A DNA stretch of 63,521 nucleotides, filler included, from Octopus bimaculoides (lineage: Eukaryota): NCBI RefSeq assembly GCF_001194135.2. It is 6 parts of 5 records of this genome, joined end to end, with 100 filler letters (N's around TTAATTAATTAA, not from the genome) between each part and the next. Parts side by side here need not be neighbours in the genome. Positions count along the whole stretch, not along the records: positions 23,954 to 43,962 come from NC_069003.1; 5 more parts are not named here. One strand, given 5' to 3'. Numbering within the stretch: the stretch's first letter is position 1; each line of letters starts with the position of its first letter. This document shows positions 25,092 to 39,373 of the stretch, one piece after another. A model generated the notes under the pieces. That model was not told where the DNA came from, made no database searches, and saw only the letters and a list, made by a program, of their open reading frames with translations. The translations under genes and the position numbers were made by a program.

Positions 25092-25130
<39 letters not shown>

Positions 25131-25957
25131 CATTCTTATATATACATATATATGTATATATACATACATACCTGTATATATATATATATATATATATANN
25201 NNNNNNNNNNNNNNNNNNNNNNNNNNNNNNNNNNNNNNNNNNNNNNNNNNNNNNNNNNNNNNNNNNNNNNNNNNNNNNNNNNNNNNNNNNNNNNNNNNNN
25301 NNNNNNNNNNNNNNNNNNNNNNNNNNNNNNNNNNNNNNNNNNNNNNNNNNNNNNNNNNNNNNNNNNNNNNNNNNNNNNNNNNNNNNNNNNNNNNNNNNNN
25401 NNNNNNNNNNNNNNNNNNNNNNNNNNNNNNNNNNNNNNNNNNNNNNNNNNNNNNNNNNNNNNNNNNNNNNNNNNNNNNNTTTCCAATACTTTGATTTTTA
25501 AAGCCTTTCATGTAGAGTTCTTCGTATAATGTTTGGCTATTCAGAACTTCAAGCCATAAATCTTTTGTAAATAGCATTATTTCTATCCATTTCGAAATTA
25601 TAATAGGGTAATTATATTGAGTAGTATCTGCAACCAGAAATAATTGCATTACATTGGGAACTGTTTTGAGGGTATTATTGTAGTAGAATCTCAATGAAAG
25701 AAAACTAAATCTGTTTTATGTTTGTACAAATATATATGTGATGAATATATATTTAGTGAATGCTTGTATCATTTGTGTGTGTATGTGTGTGTGTTTGTGT
25801 GTGTGTGAGTAGGACTAGATTTGTTTCTTTTAAGATCTCATGTGTGAGCCATAGTTCTCTGTATTTAAATCTACCAGAATGTGTTAAGAATGAATCGATA
25901 CATTATAAATATGTGTTTCTTAAATGGCTTATAAACACCTTCCACGATACATTATAA

Positions 25958-26000
<43 letters not shown>

Positions 26001-26029
26001 TATGCATACATGTATATGTGTATGTATTT

Positions 26030-26227
26030 GTGTGTCTGTGTTTGTCCCCCCACTATCGCTTGACAATCGATGTTGGTGTATTTATATCCCCATAACTTAG
26101 CGGTTTGGCCTAAGAGACTGATAGAATAAGTACTAGGCATACTAAGTATAAGTCCTGGGGTCGATTTGCTCGACTAAAGGCGGTGCTGCAGCATGGTCGC
26201 AGGAAAATGACTGGAACAAATAAAAGA

Positions 26228-26230
<3 letters not shown>
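26030..26230 (+). mobile_element. SINE family A 3' half
   Basis: CCCCCACTATCGCTTGACAA...CAGCATGG..GACTGGAACAAATAAAAGAATA. Further 3' halves: 7135-7305(+), 35995-36180(-), 38100-38175(+), 46725-46945(-), 49065-49225(-). Confidence 0.75.
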
Positions 26231-26265
<35 letters not shown>

Positions 26266-26571
26266 TGAGTGTTTTATTGAGTGAAGTTATGGCTTTGTAG
26301 TCAGCTCAGGGTTTTTTTCTCTCTTTGGTATCCCCCCTGAGGAAAGCAAAACGAACCAGGAATTCATGTAAGGATGCAATAGAGGGTGCCACTGTGCTCA
26401 TATGGGTGTATTCAGACTTTTGCCTTAAGTGAGAATTTTTTGCCCATGTTAAGCTGCAGTGAAATTATCTTTAGAATTTAAAATACATCACAAATATATT
26501 TGAGCAAACTGAAGTTTGTTTATTTGCCATCACTTATTCACAATACAGCTTGTGTATAAATACATGCACAA

Positions 26572-26603
<32 letters not shown>

Positions 26604-26615
26604 ATGTACATCTAT

Positions 26616-26646
<31 letters not shown>

Positions 26647-26714
26647 TGTTTGTATCTAATTATCTCTGTCTATATCTATATATATATACACACACATATA
26701 TATGTATACTTATG

Positions 26715-26760
<46 letters not shown>

Positions 26761-27588
26761 NNNNNNNNNNNNNNNNNNNNNNNNNNNNNNNNNNNNNNNN
26801 NNNNNNNNNNNNNNNNNNNNNNNNNNNNNNNNNNNNNNNNNNNNNNNNNNNNNNNNNNNNNNNNNNNNNNNNNNNNNNNNNNNNNNNNNNNNNNNNNNNN
26901 NNNNNNNNNNNNNNNNNNNNNNNNNNNNNNNNNNNNNNNNNNNNNNNNNNNNNNNNNNNNNNNNNNNNNNNNNNNNNNNNNNNNNNNNNNNNNNNNNNNN
27001 NNNNNNNNNNNNNNNNNNNNNNNNNNNNNNNNNNNNNNNNNNNNNNNNNNNNNNNNNNNNNNNNNNNNNNNNNNNNNNNNNNNNNNNNNNNNNNNNNNNN
27101 NNNNNNNNNNNNNNNNNNNNNNNNNNNNNNNNNNNNNNNNNNNNNNNNNNNNNNNNNNNNNNNNNNNNNNNNNNNNNNNNNNNNNNNNNNNNNNNNNNNN
27201 NNNNNNNNNNNNNNNNNNNNNNNNNNNNNNNNNNNNNNNNNNNNNNNNNNNNNNNNNNNNNNNNNNNNNNNNNNNNNNNNNNNNNNNNNNNNNNNNNNNN
27301 NNNNNNNNNNNNNNNNNNNNNNNNNNNNNNNNNNNNNNNNNNNNNNNNNNNNNNNNNNNNNNNNNNNNNNNNNNNNNNNNNNNNNNNNNNNNNNNNNNNN
27401 NNNNNNNNNNNNNNNNNNNNNNNNNNNNNNNNNNNNNNNNNNNNNNNNNNNNNNNNNNNNNNNNNNNNNNNNNNNNNNNNNNNNNNNNNNNNNNNNNNNN
27501 NNNNNNNNNNNNNNNNNNNNNNNNNNNNNNNNNNNNNNNNNNNNNNNNNNNNNNNNNNNNNNNNNNNNNNNNNNNNNNNNNNNNNNNN

Positions 27589-27648
<60 letters not shown>

Positions 27649-28086
27649 ATGAGCTTCTTTCAGTTTCAGTCTACCATATCAACTCATGTGGCCTTGGTCA
27701 GACTAGGGCTATAATTGACACTCACTCAAGGTGCCTCACAGCTAGAGTGAGCCCAGAACCATGTGGTTGAGGAGCAAATTTCTTACCACAGAGCCACACC
27801 TGCACCGACGTTTGTTAAACATTGTTCCAATAAGCTTTGAATGTAGTAAGTATGTAAATATAAGGATGTAGGTTAATAAATTACATGAAAATTCAAACTT
27901 TAGTGTAGTCATTGTCTACACATGTAGCATCAGAAAAATACCTGACTAATACCAGTTATGTAAGTTCATGAGGCTGGGCCTTATTCAGATTCAAAGATGT
28001 TTAAATGACTTAGATTACAAGACAGCCCTCTTAATGAAACATTGCAAGCTTTATCCTTGAACCCTTGTCCTTCCCATCGTCTGCTT

Positions 28087-28160
28087 CTTAGGTATGTCTT
28101 ATTTAAAGATACATCTTATTTAAAGATACATCTTACTCAAAGATACATCAAACTTAAAGA
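28087..28160 (+). repeat. 17-bp tandem repeat TCTTATTTAAAGATACA, 3-4 copies
   Basis: Read directly from the sequence. Confidence 0.8.
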
Positions 28161-28202
28161 TGCTTTGAGATGCTTCATCTCAAAATAACACCCACAACTT
28201 AA

Positions 28203-28427
28203 CCCTTTTAAATCTGCCAAACCAATCAGCCTGATATTGCCTTGGGTCCTTTGCAACAAATTTCCGGTTTTAAAGAGATCTAAATTAAAAACTTCCATCA
28301 AATTTTCATGTTAATTTGTTCCAAATATCAACTTAATGACAAGAGCATTTTACTAAATCCTTTATTATTTTAAAAATTAATTGAAAAACAAGTAGTGTAT
28401 TGCCACAGAAATGTGGTAACAGAACAG
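28203..28427. mobile_element. piggyBac-type MITE, degenerate
   Basis: TTAA-CCCTTT left end and GGTAACAGAACAG-TTAA right end. Confidence 0.45.
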
Positions 28428-28457
28428 TTAAGGATCATGAGCTCAACACCCTAAATC

Positions 28458-28740
28458 CACTTTCACTTTCACATTCTGGGGCCAATTAAATAAAGTATCA
28501 GTTCATACTAAGGATCAAGGCATTAGCTCAGGCACTTCCACATTAATCTTTCAGTGGATCAGTAAACTATAGCACCAGTTCATTTGGAGATCAAAATATT
28601 ACTCAAGCACTTTCACATTAATTTTTCTGAGGGTCAATTAAATAAGGTACCATTTCACACTAGGGATCAAAACATTAGCTCAGACACTTTCACGTTAATT
28701 TTTTTAAGGATCAATAAAATAGAGTAACTAGTATCATCTT
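28458..28740 (+). repeat. ~76-bp tandem minisatellite, about 3.7 units
   Basis: CACTTTCACATTAAT..G.TCAA.TAAA..GTA.CA.TT..GGATCAA..ATTA.CTCA recurs. Confidence 0.7.
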
Positions 28741-29248
28741 TACTGCAAGACATCTATTTCTGTCCCACTACACTTACTCTAACTACTCATCTCATACAAA
28801 ACTAATTTCTACTCCTCCTTCCCTCCCTCAGTTGAGAGGTTTTGTCTTATAAATCATTTGGTGACCTCATTGGTTCTATTGCCATGTAAAAATCACCCAA
28901 TCCATGCAAGAAAGTGGTTGATATTAAGAAGGGCATCAAGGCTGTAAAACCCATGCCATACATACATACATACATACATACAAATTTAATTTGTGATCTG
29001 TGGGAAGAGCCATTTTAACGATGCGTCCTGCCCTACTCTTCGAAACGCCTGTGTTAGAATGGGGGGTAGCTGATGAAGGAAAATGTTCTCTATGTGTCCT
29101 GTGTGTTTTCTGTACTCTGGTTATTATTATTTTTTTGTCTACGTTTTGTTTGCAATGTCCTGTATCCAGATATGCACCTATATATACAGGTAGACGTAGG
29201 TATGCACATACTTGTACGTATATATGCATATACTCATTTATTATTTGT

Positions 29249-29280
<32 letters not shown>

Positions 29281-29522
29281 AAACAAACAAAAATAAATAA
29301 ACGAAAAATAAATAAACAAAAATAAATAAGCAAAAAATAAAGTAAAATATATAAACGAAAAATGAATAAACAAGAGTAAACAAATAAAAAATAAAGAAAA
29401 AATAAACAAGAATAAATAAATGAAAAATAAATAAACAAAAATAAATAAACAAAAAATAAATAAACGAAAAAATAAATAAACAAAAAATAAATGAGGGAAA
29501 AAATAAATAAAGAAAAAAATAA
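29281..29522 (+). repeat. compound A-rich (AAATA/AAACA) repeat
   Basis: Read directly from the sequence. Confidence 0.85.
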
Positions 29523-31036
29523 GCATGTTTAGTCAGGGTTGAAAACCAATATTAGTCCCCTGCTGAGAAGAGTACATTTATTTTTAAATCACTTCCCATA
29601 ACTGCTTCAAATATAGCTTACAAAAATATTTTATTTCCTTCGATAATGTTTACATAAATATAGACTATTCTACTTTCACATCAACATTTCATATAATGGA
29701 ACATTTTTTTGCCCTCAAGGGATCAAAGACTGAAACTTCTATTATTCTAAATGAATTTTATCGCTCTCATATCATCTCGGGAATGGTATCTTACATTATT
29801 TATTTAAAATTTTCAAAGTCATATTCCCGTCATTCTGTTAAACAACATTCCAATATTTATGATCTTAAGGCTCTTGTGTGTTTCATTTTCTCACCAATAT
29901 TTCCTAAATAGCTTTATTTTTCCTGTTTTCTAGTCTATTTGTGTATTATCTTTAATGTCTTACTTGTTTCAGTCATTGGATTGCAGCCAAGATAGAGCAT
30001 TTCCTTGAAGGGTTTAGTCAAACAAATCCACCCAATACTTTTTTTTATTTAACCCTTTAACATTATCATCATCATCGTTTTAAGTCCATTTTCCATGCTG
30101 GCATGGGTTGGATGGTTCGACTGGGGTCTGGGAAGCCAGGAGGCTGCACCAGGCCCCAATCTAATCTGGCAACGTTTCTACAGCTAGATGCCCTTCCTAA
30201 CGCCAACCACTCCAAGAGTGTAGTGGGTGCTTTTTATGTGCCACCTGCACAAGGGGCCAGAGGAGCTGGCATCAACCATGATCAGATGGTGCTTTTTACA
30301 TGCCACTGGCACGGAAGTCATATGCTGGAAGAAGAAGAAGAAGAAGAAGAAGAAGAAGAACAACAACAACAACAAGAATAAAAACAATAACAACAACAAC
30401 AAGAATAAAAACAACAACAACGAGTAGGAGTTGGAGGAGGAGGGTAGGAAGTTTGAATAGAGAAAAAAGAAAGAATATAATTTTCTTTTACTTCATGATT
30501 TTTTTTTTTTACTGTTTTTGGTAACCTTTCGACACAGCATGCTTCTGTTATCTTGTTTCCGTCTCTGTTTTTATTACAAAAATGTAAATTTCTAACACTT
30601 TTCCTATCACAAGTCTTCTTTAATTTGCTTTTACGCAATCATCTCCAAATAACATGTCGAGGGGGAGACATATTTAAGGGTAGACTTATCAACACCAAAG
30701 TGAATAACAACGAAGAGTTGAATGAAGCAATCATCATCGTCAACATTGTCACTGTTATGGTCATCACCATCATCATCATCATCATCATATGTCCACTTTT
30801 CTGCATATGTATGGATTAAACAGAACAGAGCTTTCTGAAGGAGATTTTCTACATCAGGATGCCTTCCCTGTTGCCAACCCTCAGCTGTTTCATAGCAAGG
30901 TAATATTTTCTCTAAGAATATTGGAAATGAATGACACTGCTTGTGAGTATCATGCAATGTCTAAAGAAGGAGACACAAACACATACACATGTATACATAT
31001 ATATATGCACACATACATACACACACACACATTAAT

Positions 31037-31068
<32 letters not shown>

Positions 31069-32520
31069 ATATATATAATATATATTTATGACAGGCTTCT
31101 TTCAGTTTCTGAACACCAGATCCACACACAAGGCTTTGGTCAGCCCCAAAACATTGTAGAAAATGCCTACCCAAGGTGCCATGTGATGGGACTGAACCCA
31201 AAACCTTGTGGTTAAGAAACAAAGCTTTTACCACACAGCCATAAAGAGGAGGAATTTTCTTCTTCATTGAAAGAAAGAAATTAAGAAATAACCATAATTG
31301 TGAGTGACTTTTAGTTAAAAGGAAAGATAATTTAAAGAAATTAAGAATTAATTAATCTTGTGGAATATTAAAATTTCATGTTTTATTTTCAGGTGATTTT
31401 TTTTTATTTTTGTTGCTGTTTTGTTCGTTTCTTTGATTGTTTTTTTTTTTGTGTCTTGGAGAGTTTTTTTCTGTTTTTTATCCCTAAAGCAGAAATATTG
31501 AACATTCTGTAAAATTAATTAATTTTTTGTAATTATCTTCCCTTTCCTTTGAGTTGATAACAATTATTGCTGTTTTTCTTTTTAATTCTTTCCCCCAACT
31601 ATGAGGCAAATTTCAATTTCTTCATGAAATTTTTGTTTTTGCATAAATTATTCAGTACATCAGCACCTACCTGTATCATAGGCAATTTGGATTATTCCCC
31701 TTAGTTCCTTTTTTTTTTTCTCACCTAAAATATACATTTCTACTCTAGACACAAACCCCTCGATTTTGGGGGAGGGGGCTAGTCGATTAGATCGACCCCA
31801 GTATGCAACTGGTACTTAATTTATCAACACCGAAAGGATGAAAGGCAAAGTTGATCTCAACGGAATTTGAACTCAGAACGTAAAGACAAACGAAATACCG
31901 GTAAGCATTTTGCCCGGTGTGCTAACGTTTCTGCCAGCTCACAGCCTTTCTCACCTAAAATATAAATGACTGGAGACTCATGATATTTTTAGCATCTTGT
32001 CTACCATAAATTTAACATATCCAGAGTTTGACTAAAGGTGTAATTTTTTTCTTCTAGGAAACATTATAGATGCAACACAAAAGACATTTAAGATTTTCTG
32101 TACAAAACTGAATGTTAGCTGTCTCTTCTGGTGGAAAATAATGATAAATAAAGCAAAAAGAGTAAGAACATTTAAAGTTTGGCAGCATAAACTGCACAGA
32201 ACTGTGAAGTTTTTTAATTGGACAATAGAGACTAACACCGGCTAAACTAAATATTACACTTTAAGTCACTTTTAATGGGCTCCCATAAATACCATCTTCA
32301 TTTTTCATCTTCAGCTGGAAGTTATTACGTTAAAAGAATTTTCTATCTTTCTTGACAGGAATATAAATCACCAATGCCAATAAACATCTATAAGACTTAT
32401 CATTTATCATCAAATAACCATTCTTTTGTTATACCATTTCTGCTGACAAAGTCTTTTAGTGTATAAAACTTCAATCATTTATCATATATTTATTATAACT
32501 TATTATTATATCTGAAATTA

Positions 32521-32848
32521 AAGCAGCGATCTGACAGAACTGTTAGCACACTGGAAAAAAAAAAGTGCTTAGTGGCGTTTTGTCTATTTTTACATTCTGA
32601 GTTCAAATTCTGCCAAGGTTGATTTTTGTCTTTTATTCTTTCCTATTTCTTTATTACCCATAAGGGACTAAACATAGAAGGGACAAGCAAGGACAGACAA
32701 AGGGATTAGGTCGATTACATCGACCCCGGTGCGTAACTGGTACTTAATTTATCGACCCCTGAAAGGATGAAAGGCAAAGTTGACCTCGGCAGAATTTGAA
32801 CTCAGAATGTAACGGCAGACGAAATACTGCTAAGCATTTCATCCGGTG
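32521..32848. mobile_element. adjacent inverted SINE B pair
   Basis: A plus copy at 32521-32640 is directly followed by a minus copy at 32641-32848. Confidence 0.8.
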
Positions 32849-33004
32849 TGGAGTACTCAGCCACTTGTACGTTAATTTCACATGCAGGCTGTTTCGTTGT
32901 TTGGCTCACCTGGAACCCTCATCATCATAAGCAGCAGAGTGCCCTTCATAGTGGTCTGTATTGGCAAGGAGACTATAATGGTGGTTTTTGATGACTTGGC
33001 ATGT

Positions 33005-33200
33005 AAAAAGGGGTGCTGGAAGGTTCCTGACTTTAAAGGGATCACAAAAGGCCTGGTTATGGGCCCAACCTTCCAAGATCTTTCATATGGCTTAGAAAAA
33101 GTGAAGGATTACTGCAATAAGTATGTGAATCTGAGAGGGGAATATGTTGAATAAAAGCATAATTAACTGGCCCTCCTGAAACTTTTCAGCACCTGCCACA
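33005..33200 (+). mobile_element. mariner-derived MITE
   Basis: Degenerate TIRs GGGGTGCTGGAAGGTTCC / GAAACTTTTCAGCACC enclose the mariner C-terminal motif KYVNLRGEYVE*. Confidence 0.7.
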
Positions 33201-34031
33201 TGTTTGGGCTGGGTATGGCTGGTTTAAATACTAAATGGTTGAGACTTATTCATAAAAAAAAGCAAGATTGAGAAGAAAACAGAATTTGTGTTAATATGAT
33301 TAACACTAATTATCAGAGGGCTGAGCCACCTCATTAAAATGAGAAAATTAACATGATAATTTTACGGATTTGAGCCAGGGTGTTAAAACTGTTGTAAGAA
33401 CAGATCTCACTGCAATTCGTGTTACATTCATCTAATTATCTTTCTGTAATTTAACATGATGCTCCAAGCTAGAAGAATTATATTGGATAAACTATAACAC
33501 CTTAAGAACCTAAAGATTGATGAGTTAATTTATAAAAATATGCAGTTTCTCATTTAAAAATTTTTATCAGTTTTTGCTAATACTCGTTAATTCTCTAATC
33601 AGTTATATAAAATTATTTTTGTAATTCACTTCTTCATTTATATAATTCTGGGATTCACTTCTTCATTTATAGAATTCTGGGAACAATACCATCATTCATG
33701 GTGGTTTAGGATGGACCGGTATTTTCCCAGTTAAGAGCAACTCATGCAGAATAAATACCACAAGATGTTTTGTTTAAGACACAAGTTTCTCAGCAAATTC
33801 CTCTCCAATATAGGCATGTCTTTGCTATTATTCATATATACAAACACACGAACACATAAATATAACATATCATGATATTACAAAATATAATTAGATAGGT
33901 AGATTAATAGTTAGATATATATCATATAGGTAGATAGTTAGATAGATAGATTAGATATATACACACATTCTCTATATATATATACATATATATATACATA
34001 TATATATACATACATGCATACATACATACAT

Positions 34032-34065
<34 letters not shown>

Positions 34066-34750
34066 TAACATATACATATATACATACATACATACATACA
34101 TACATATATGCATATATATAATTATTCATAAATAGATATAAATATATATGTGTATATATGTACACGTATATTTATGTATATACATTTGTATGTGTGTGTG
34201 TGCATATATATAGTATGTATATATATGTATATATATGTGTGTGTTTATATGTGTGTATGTGTATATATACACACATACAAACATGAAACCATTGGTAGCC
34301 CAATGGTGCCAGTACACTTTGTAGAGTGGTTGGCGTTAGGGAGAGCATCCAGCCATAGAAACCAAGCCTAAACAGATTATGGACTCTGGTATGGAATAGA
34401 AAGCAGACATTCAATGCTGCTGCTGCTGATGATGATGATGTTGAGGATATCTCAAAGAAAGTGTGCTCAATACAAATGTAGAGTAGAGTTTATGCCCTTT
34501 AATATATGTCATTACACAACCTGAACCACTATTAGTCAGAGTGTCATACACGTGGGTAATCAACAGCCAAAGTAATAACATATTGCTGCAAGAAGTGAAA
34601 TGTATTTAATTGATAGACATTGTAATGGTCAGTTTGGAAAATAACCATGTACAAGTCTGTCTGTTACTGTCAGTCTCTGTGTCTATCTTCCTTTCATGCC
34701 TTCACCCACTTTCTTTACTTCTTTCTTTCTGTACCTTTTTATTAACCGCA

Positions 34751-34826
<76 letters not shown>

Positions 34827-35058
34827 ATCTATCACTATCTCTCTTTCTCTCTCTTTATGTATGTATGTATGTGTGCGTTTGTGTATTTGTGCATGTGTGT
34901 GTGTTTTACTGTGAATACATATATGCATTTACAATAAGACAATGAACATGCTATGAAGATAAAGAAATACACACACAAGCAAAGAGGGAGGATAAATGAA
35001 AGAGAGAGAGAGAGAGGGGGGGGACAGAGATAGATAGATAGATAGATAGATAGATAGT

Positions 35059-35090
<32 letters not shown>

Positions 35091-36552
35091 CAGACAGATA
35101 GATAGATAGATAGATTGAAAGTGAGAGAGAATGATGTTGAGAATATAATAAGCAGTTTTACTTCAATTCATTTTGTTTACATTTTTTCATATTCTTCTCT
35201 AAGAAATCATTTTGAAAAAAATTGCATGGCGGGTTACAGAATATGGAATACTGGAACTAGCAATTCTTGCTTCCTGGTTATTGTTCTCACGAAAAGTAAT
35301 CTAAGTATTTAGGACATGCATTCTACAATGAGAAAGATAAAAAAAATTTTTTTTAAATCAAGAGTGATCGATAAAAATCAAAATTACAGTTTTGATACAG
35401 ACTGATAAGACAAATGAAAAATATAATTAAAAAAAAGACAATCAAAAATAAAACAATAGAAAAATGATTCAATAAAAATGCTAAAATGCTAAAATGCTAA
35501 AATGCTAATATAATTGTGGTAGGAATCCACACTTGGTAGTTTTTCATGTCTACTGTTGTTGCAGACATAAATATTGATTTCTTGTTACAATTATGGCAAT
35601 AAGGAAAGTGTCAAGAAATATTAACTTTGTGAAACCAGTGTTATGTTGATTACCTATATCAGTAAGTATCCATTTACAGTTTACAGTTCAGTGGATATCA
35701 GGAATATAATTTTTTTTTAATATTTCTTGATAAAAAAAAATATATATATATTTTGGCAAGTGGTCAAAATGCTTCTATTTCATTCCAATTTTTGTTGTTG
35801 TTGTTGTTGTTGTTGCTGCTGTTTGTTTATTTTAGAAAGTAAACAAATAAGAAATTACTCATAACCTATAAATTAAGGCAATTTTTTTTTTCTTCCCAAA
35901 CAAACAAGTCACATATGAAATTCAGTGATAAAAATCTAAAACAAACTGACTCTCACCATTGAACTGTTAAATGTTTCCTTTTACCCTTTGCATTTCCTTT
36001 GTTCCAGTCATTAGATTGTGGCCATGCTGGGGCTCTGCTTTAGAGAATTTTTAGTCAAATGAATTGATTTTTCTTTTTAAATCTGCTACTTATTATATCA
36101 GTCTCTTTTGCTGAACTGCTAAGTTACAGGCACATAAACACACCAACACTGGTTGCAAAGCAGTGGTGAGGGACACAGACAGACTCAAAGACTCACAGAT
36201 ATATATAAATATATCATCATCATCTAACATCCGTCTTCCATGCTAGTATGGGTTAGACGGTTTGACTGGAACTGGTAAGCTGGCTTACCAGTTTGTGGAT
36301 TCTTAATTCATGATGGTTTTAGATTTGATTTATCTACCTGGCAGCTCACTATCACATGTCCATGCTGTTTGGTATTTACTGCAGTACTATGTGATGGGTT
36401 TGTCTTTATAGCTTTAACTTTTTGACTGAACACCACCCATGGACATGTGTTGATGTTTCTTTCATAGTTATTATTATTATAGACGTATCAGTGAGAGACC
36501 TAGAAGAAACAGCAATGTGCATATATAGGTCCCTGTATTATTATTATTATCA

Positions 36553-36584
<32 letters not shown>

Positions 36585-38610
36585 TCATTGTCTTAAGCAC
36601 AGCTTCTAAGGCTGGAGATATACTACGGTGTCAACTGTTCACTACCAGTGAACTAAGGTAACACCCCTTATTTTTTGAGCACCATCCGGAGTATTCTAGC
36701 AGTTCCAAGCAGTGCTGTCTCCTGCAAGTGCTCTTTATTGCAGCCCCTATTGATTCCATATATTATTATTATTATTATTATTACTATCAATTTCCAATTG
36801 CAAGAAAATGGTAGACTATATTAATTAATTTGCTGTAGTATACAAAATATTGAATGCGTTATATTATGCTTACGATATTATTTGAAATTCTTTTGAGACA
36901 TGATACATTTCTCTTTTCTTTTATTTTTTTATTTGACGATATTGTTTATTGGAGAATCAGGTCTGAGGAAAGCAATAATGGAAAAGTTTGTAATATTTAG
37001 AATTGAAATGGAGGAATATGTTTTGTGTCATGAGAGGAAGAAAAGAACTGCAACGCTTCAGATGCCTGTACTTCTTGAGGGAGGGAGAGGGGGAAGGTGT
37101 GGTGGGNNNNNNNNNNNNNNNNNNNNNNNNNNNNNNNNNNNNNNNNNNNNNNNNNNNNNNNNNNNNNNNNNNNNNNNNNNNNNNNNNNNNNNNNNNNNNN
37201 NNNNNNNNNNNNNNNNNNNNNNNNNNNNNNNNNNNNNNNNNNNNNNNNNNNNNNNNNNNNNNNNGAAGAAGAGAGAGGAAGGAAGGAGAGAGAGGAAGGA
37301 AGGAGAGAGAGGAAGGAAGGAGAGAGAGGGTGCTTTTACATTCCACCAGTATGGGCACCAGTATGGGCACCAGTTGAGTGACACCAGTATCTGTGAGGAC
37401 TACGATGTCACTTGGCTTGATGGGTTACGGCATATTGCTAAAAGTCTCACTCATCTGTCATTGGCTCCATGGGACCCAACACGCAAAAGGTGCTGTTTAT
37501 GTGACATGGTCATGGGTGCTTGTTACACAACACTGGCATCAGACACATTGCCTCTGTGAGGCCCAACGTTTGAAAGGTGCTTTTTATGTGACACGGTCAT
37601 GGGTCCCAGTTACACAACACTGGCAACAGACACATTGCTTCTGTGAGGCCCAACGCTTGAAAGGTGATTTTTACATGCCACCAGTTCAACAGAACTGTAC
37701 AAACCTGACCTTTCCACCAGCACTTTGGGTCTACAATGGTTTCACTATCTTTTCTTCTCCTTGTGTATTCTATAACAATCTCCTTTCTTGGATTGCAAAT
37801 GCACAGCCTTTGAGTGTGATGTAGCAATCACCATTCCAAGAGGTGAGCTGGCAGAATCGTTAGCATGCTGGGTGAAATGCTTTGTGTCAGTCACATGGCA
37901 GCAGTATCTATCATGACTGTTATTTCACTTGGCTTGATGGGTCTTCTTCTCAAGCACAACATATGGCCAAAGGTCTCAGTCATTTGTCATTGCCTCCATG
38001 AGGCCCAACACTCAAAGGCTGCTTTTCACATGCCACCAGCACAGGAGCTAATTATGCAACACCAGCATCAACCACATTGCCTCTATGAGGCTGAGAATTG
38101 ATTTGTTCAACCAAAACCCTTCAAGGCAGCTCCCCAGCATGGCCACAGTCCAATGACTGAATCAAGTAAAAGATATAAAAGATAGAAGATATTAGCTATT
38201 TGTTAATAGCTAAATATAATACTACTTACAACATACATTGAAGCCTATTTAATGATATCTCATGTTAACTAAACACAACCAGTATTTGTATACATGACTA
38301 ATTCTTTTTCACAGCTTTTATTTTTTATGTTGTTTTTAAGTTTCTGACTGAAAAATACAATACAAGAAGATAATGTTATTTTTGGTTACTGTTAACAAAT
38401 AGTAATTGCCAACAAGTGTCTTCAGTAACAGCAGAAACGTACAAACATATATTTGATGATACAATACAGTGTAATATCACTTGAGGCTTTCCTGTTTGTT
38501 TCAGTGAAACAATAAGAAATAGACATTGTATTAAATTAAGTAGACATACATACATGCATACATACATACATACATTCATACATACATGTACACACACACA
38601 TGTATATATA

Positions 38611-38662
<52 letters not shown>

Positions 38663-39142
38663 GAGAGAGAGAGAAAGAGAGAGATAGACACACGCACATA
38701 AAAACACACACATACTCACACACATGTACATACATTACATTAAAATAAGAATTTAACAATGGATAATTATACATCTTCAAAAACTTGTTTATTATAGTAT
38801 TGTATACAATATATTCACTTCAAATCTCTTCCCAATACATGTTTCTATTGCATAGATATCCTAAGGTGTGGCAGCCAGTTGCGTCCTGTTGGACCAATGG
38901 CATTATAAGTTCATCCAGGATATGTATGTACATTATTCACTTTATGTATGTATGTATGTATGTTCAGTTTCTGTCTACCAAATCCACTCACAAAGCTTTG
39001 GTTGGCCCGAGGCTATAGTAGAGGACACTTGCCCAAGGTGCCACACAGTGGGACTGAACCCAGAACCATGTGATTGGAAGGAAGGTTCTTAACACACAGT
39101 CATTCCTATTTATATACACTTAAATTTATATTTATTTATACA

Positions 39143-39373
39143 AAGGTGGCAGGCTGGCAGAATCGTTAGCATGCCAGGCAAAATGCTTAGCAGTATTTCA
39201 TCTGCCGTTACGTTCTGAGTTCAAATTCTGTTGAGGTCAACTTTGCCTTTCATCCTTTCGGGGTCAATTAAATACGTACCAGTTACGCACTGGGGTTGGT
39301 GTAATCGACTTTACCCATTTGTCTGTCCTTGTTTGTCCCCTCTATGTTTAGCCCCTTGTGGGCAATAAAGAAA
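39143..39373 (+). mobile_element. SINE family B, full length
   Basis: Same head, core and tail as 59767. Other copies: 4520-4615(-), 5250-5300(-), 10722-10866(-), 24420-24590(+), 31775-31947(-), 42483-42625(+), 48865-48960(-). Confidence 0.85.

Noticed and set aside
28458-28740. CRISPR-like repeat array
   Set aside because: Units are contiguous and degenerate, with no unique spacers or cas genes; eukaryotic minisatellite.
29040-29100. CGAAAC ... CTGATGAAGG, a possible permuted hammerhead
   Set aside because: The stems cannot be arranged in hammerhead topology and the cleavage triplet would be GUG.
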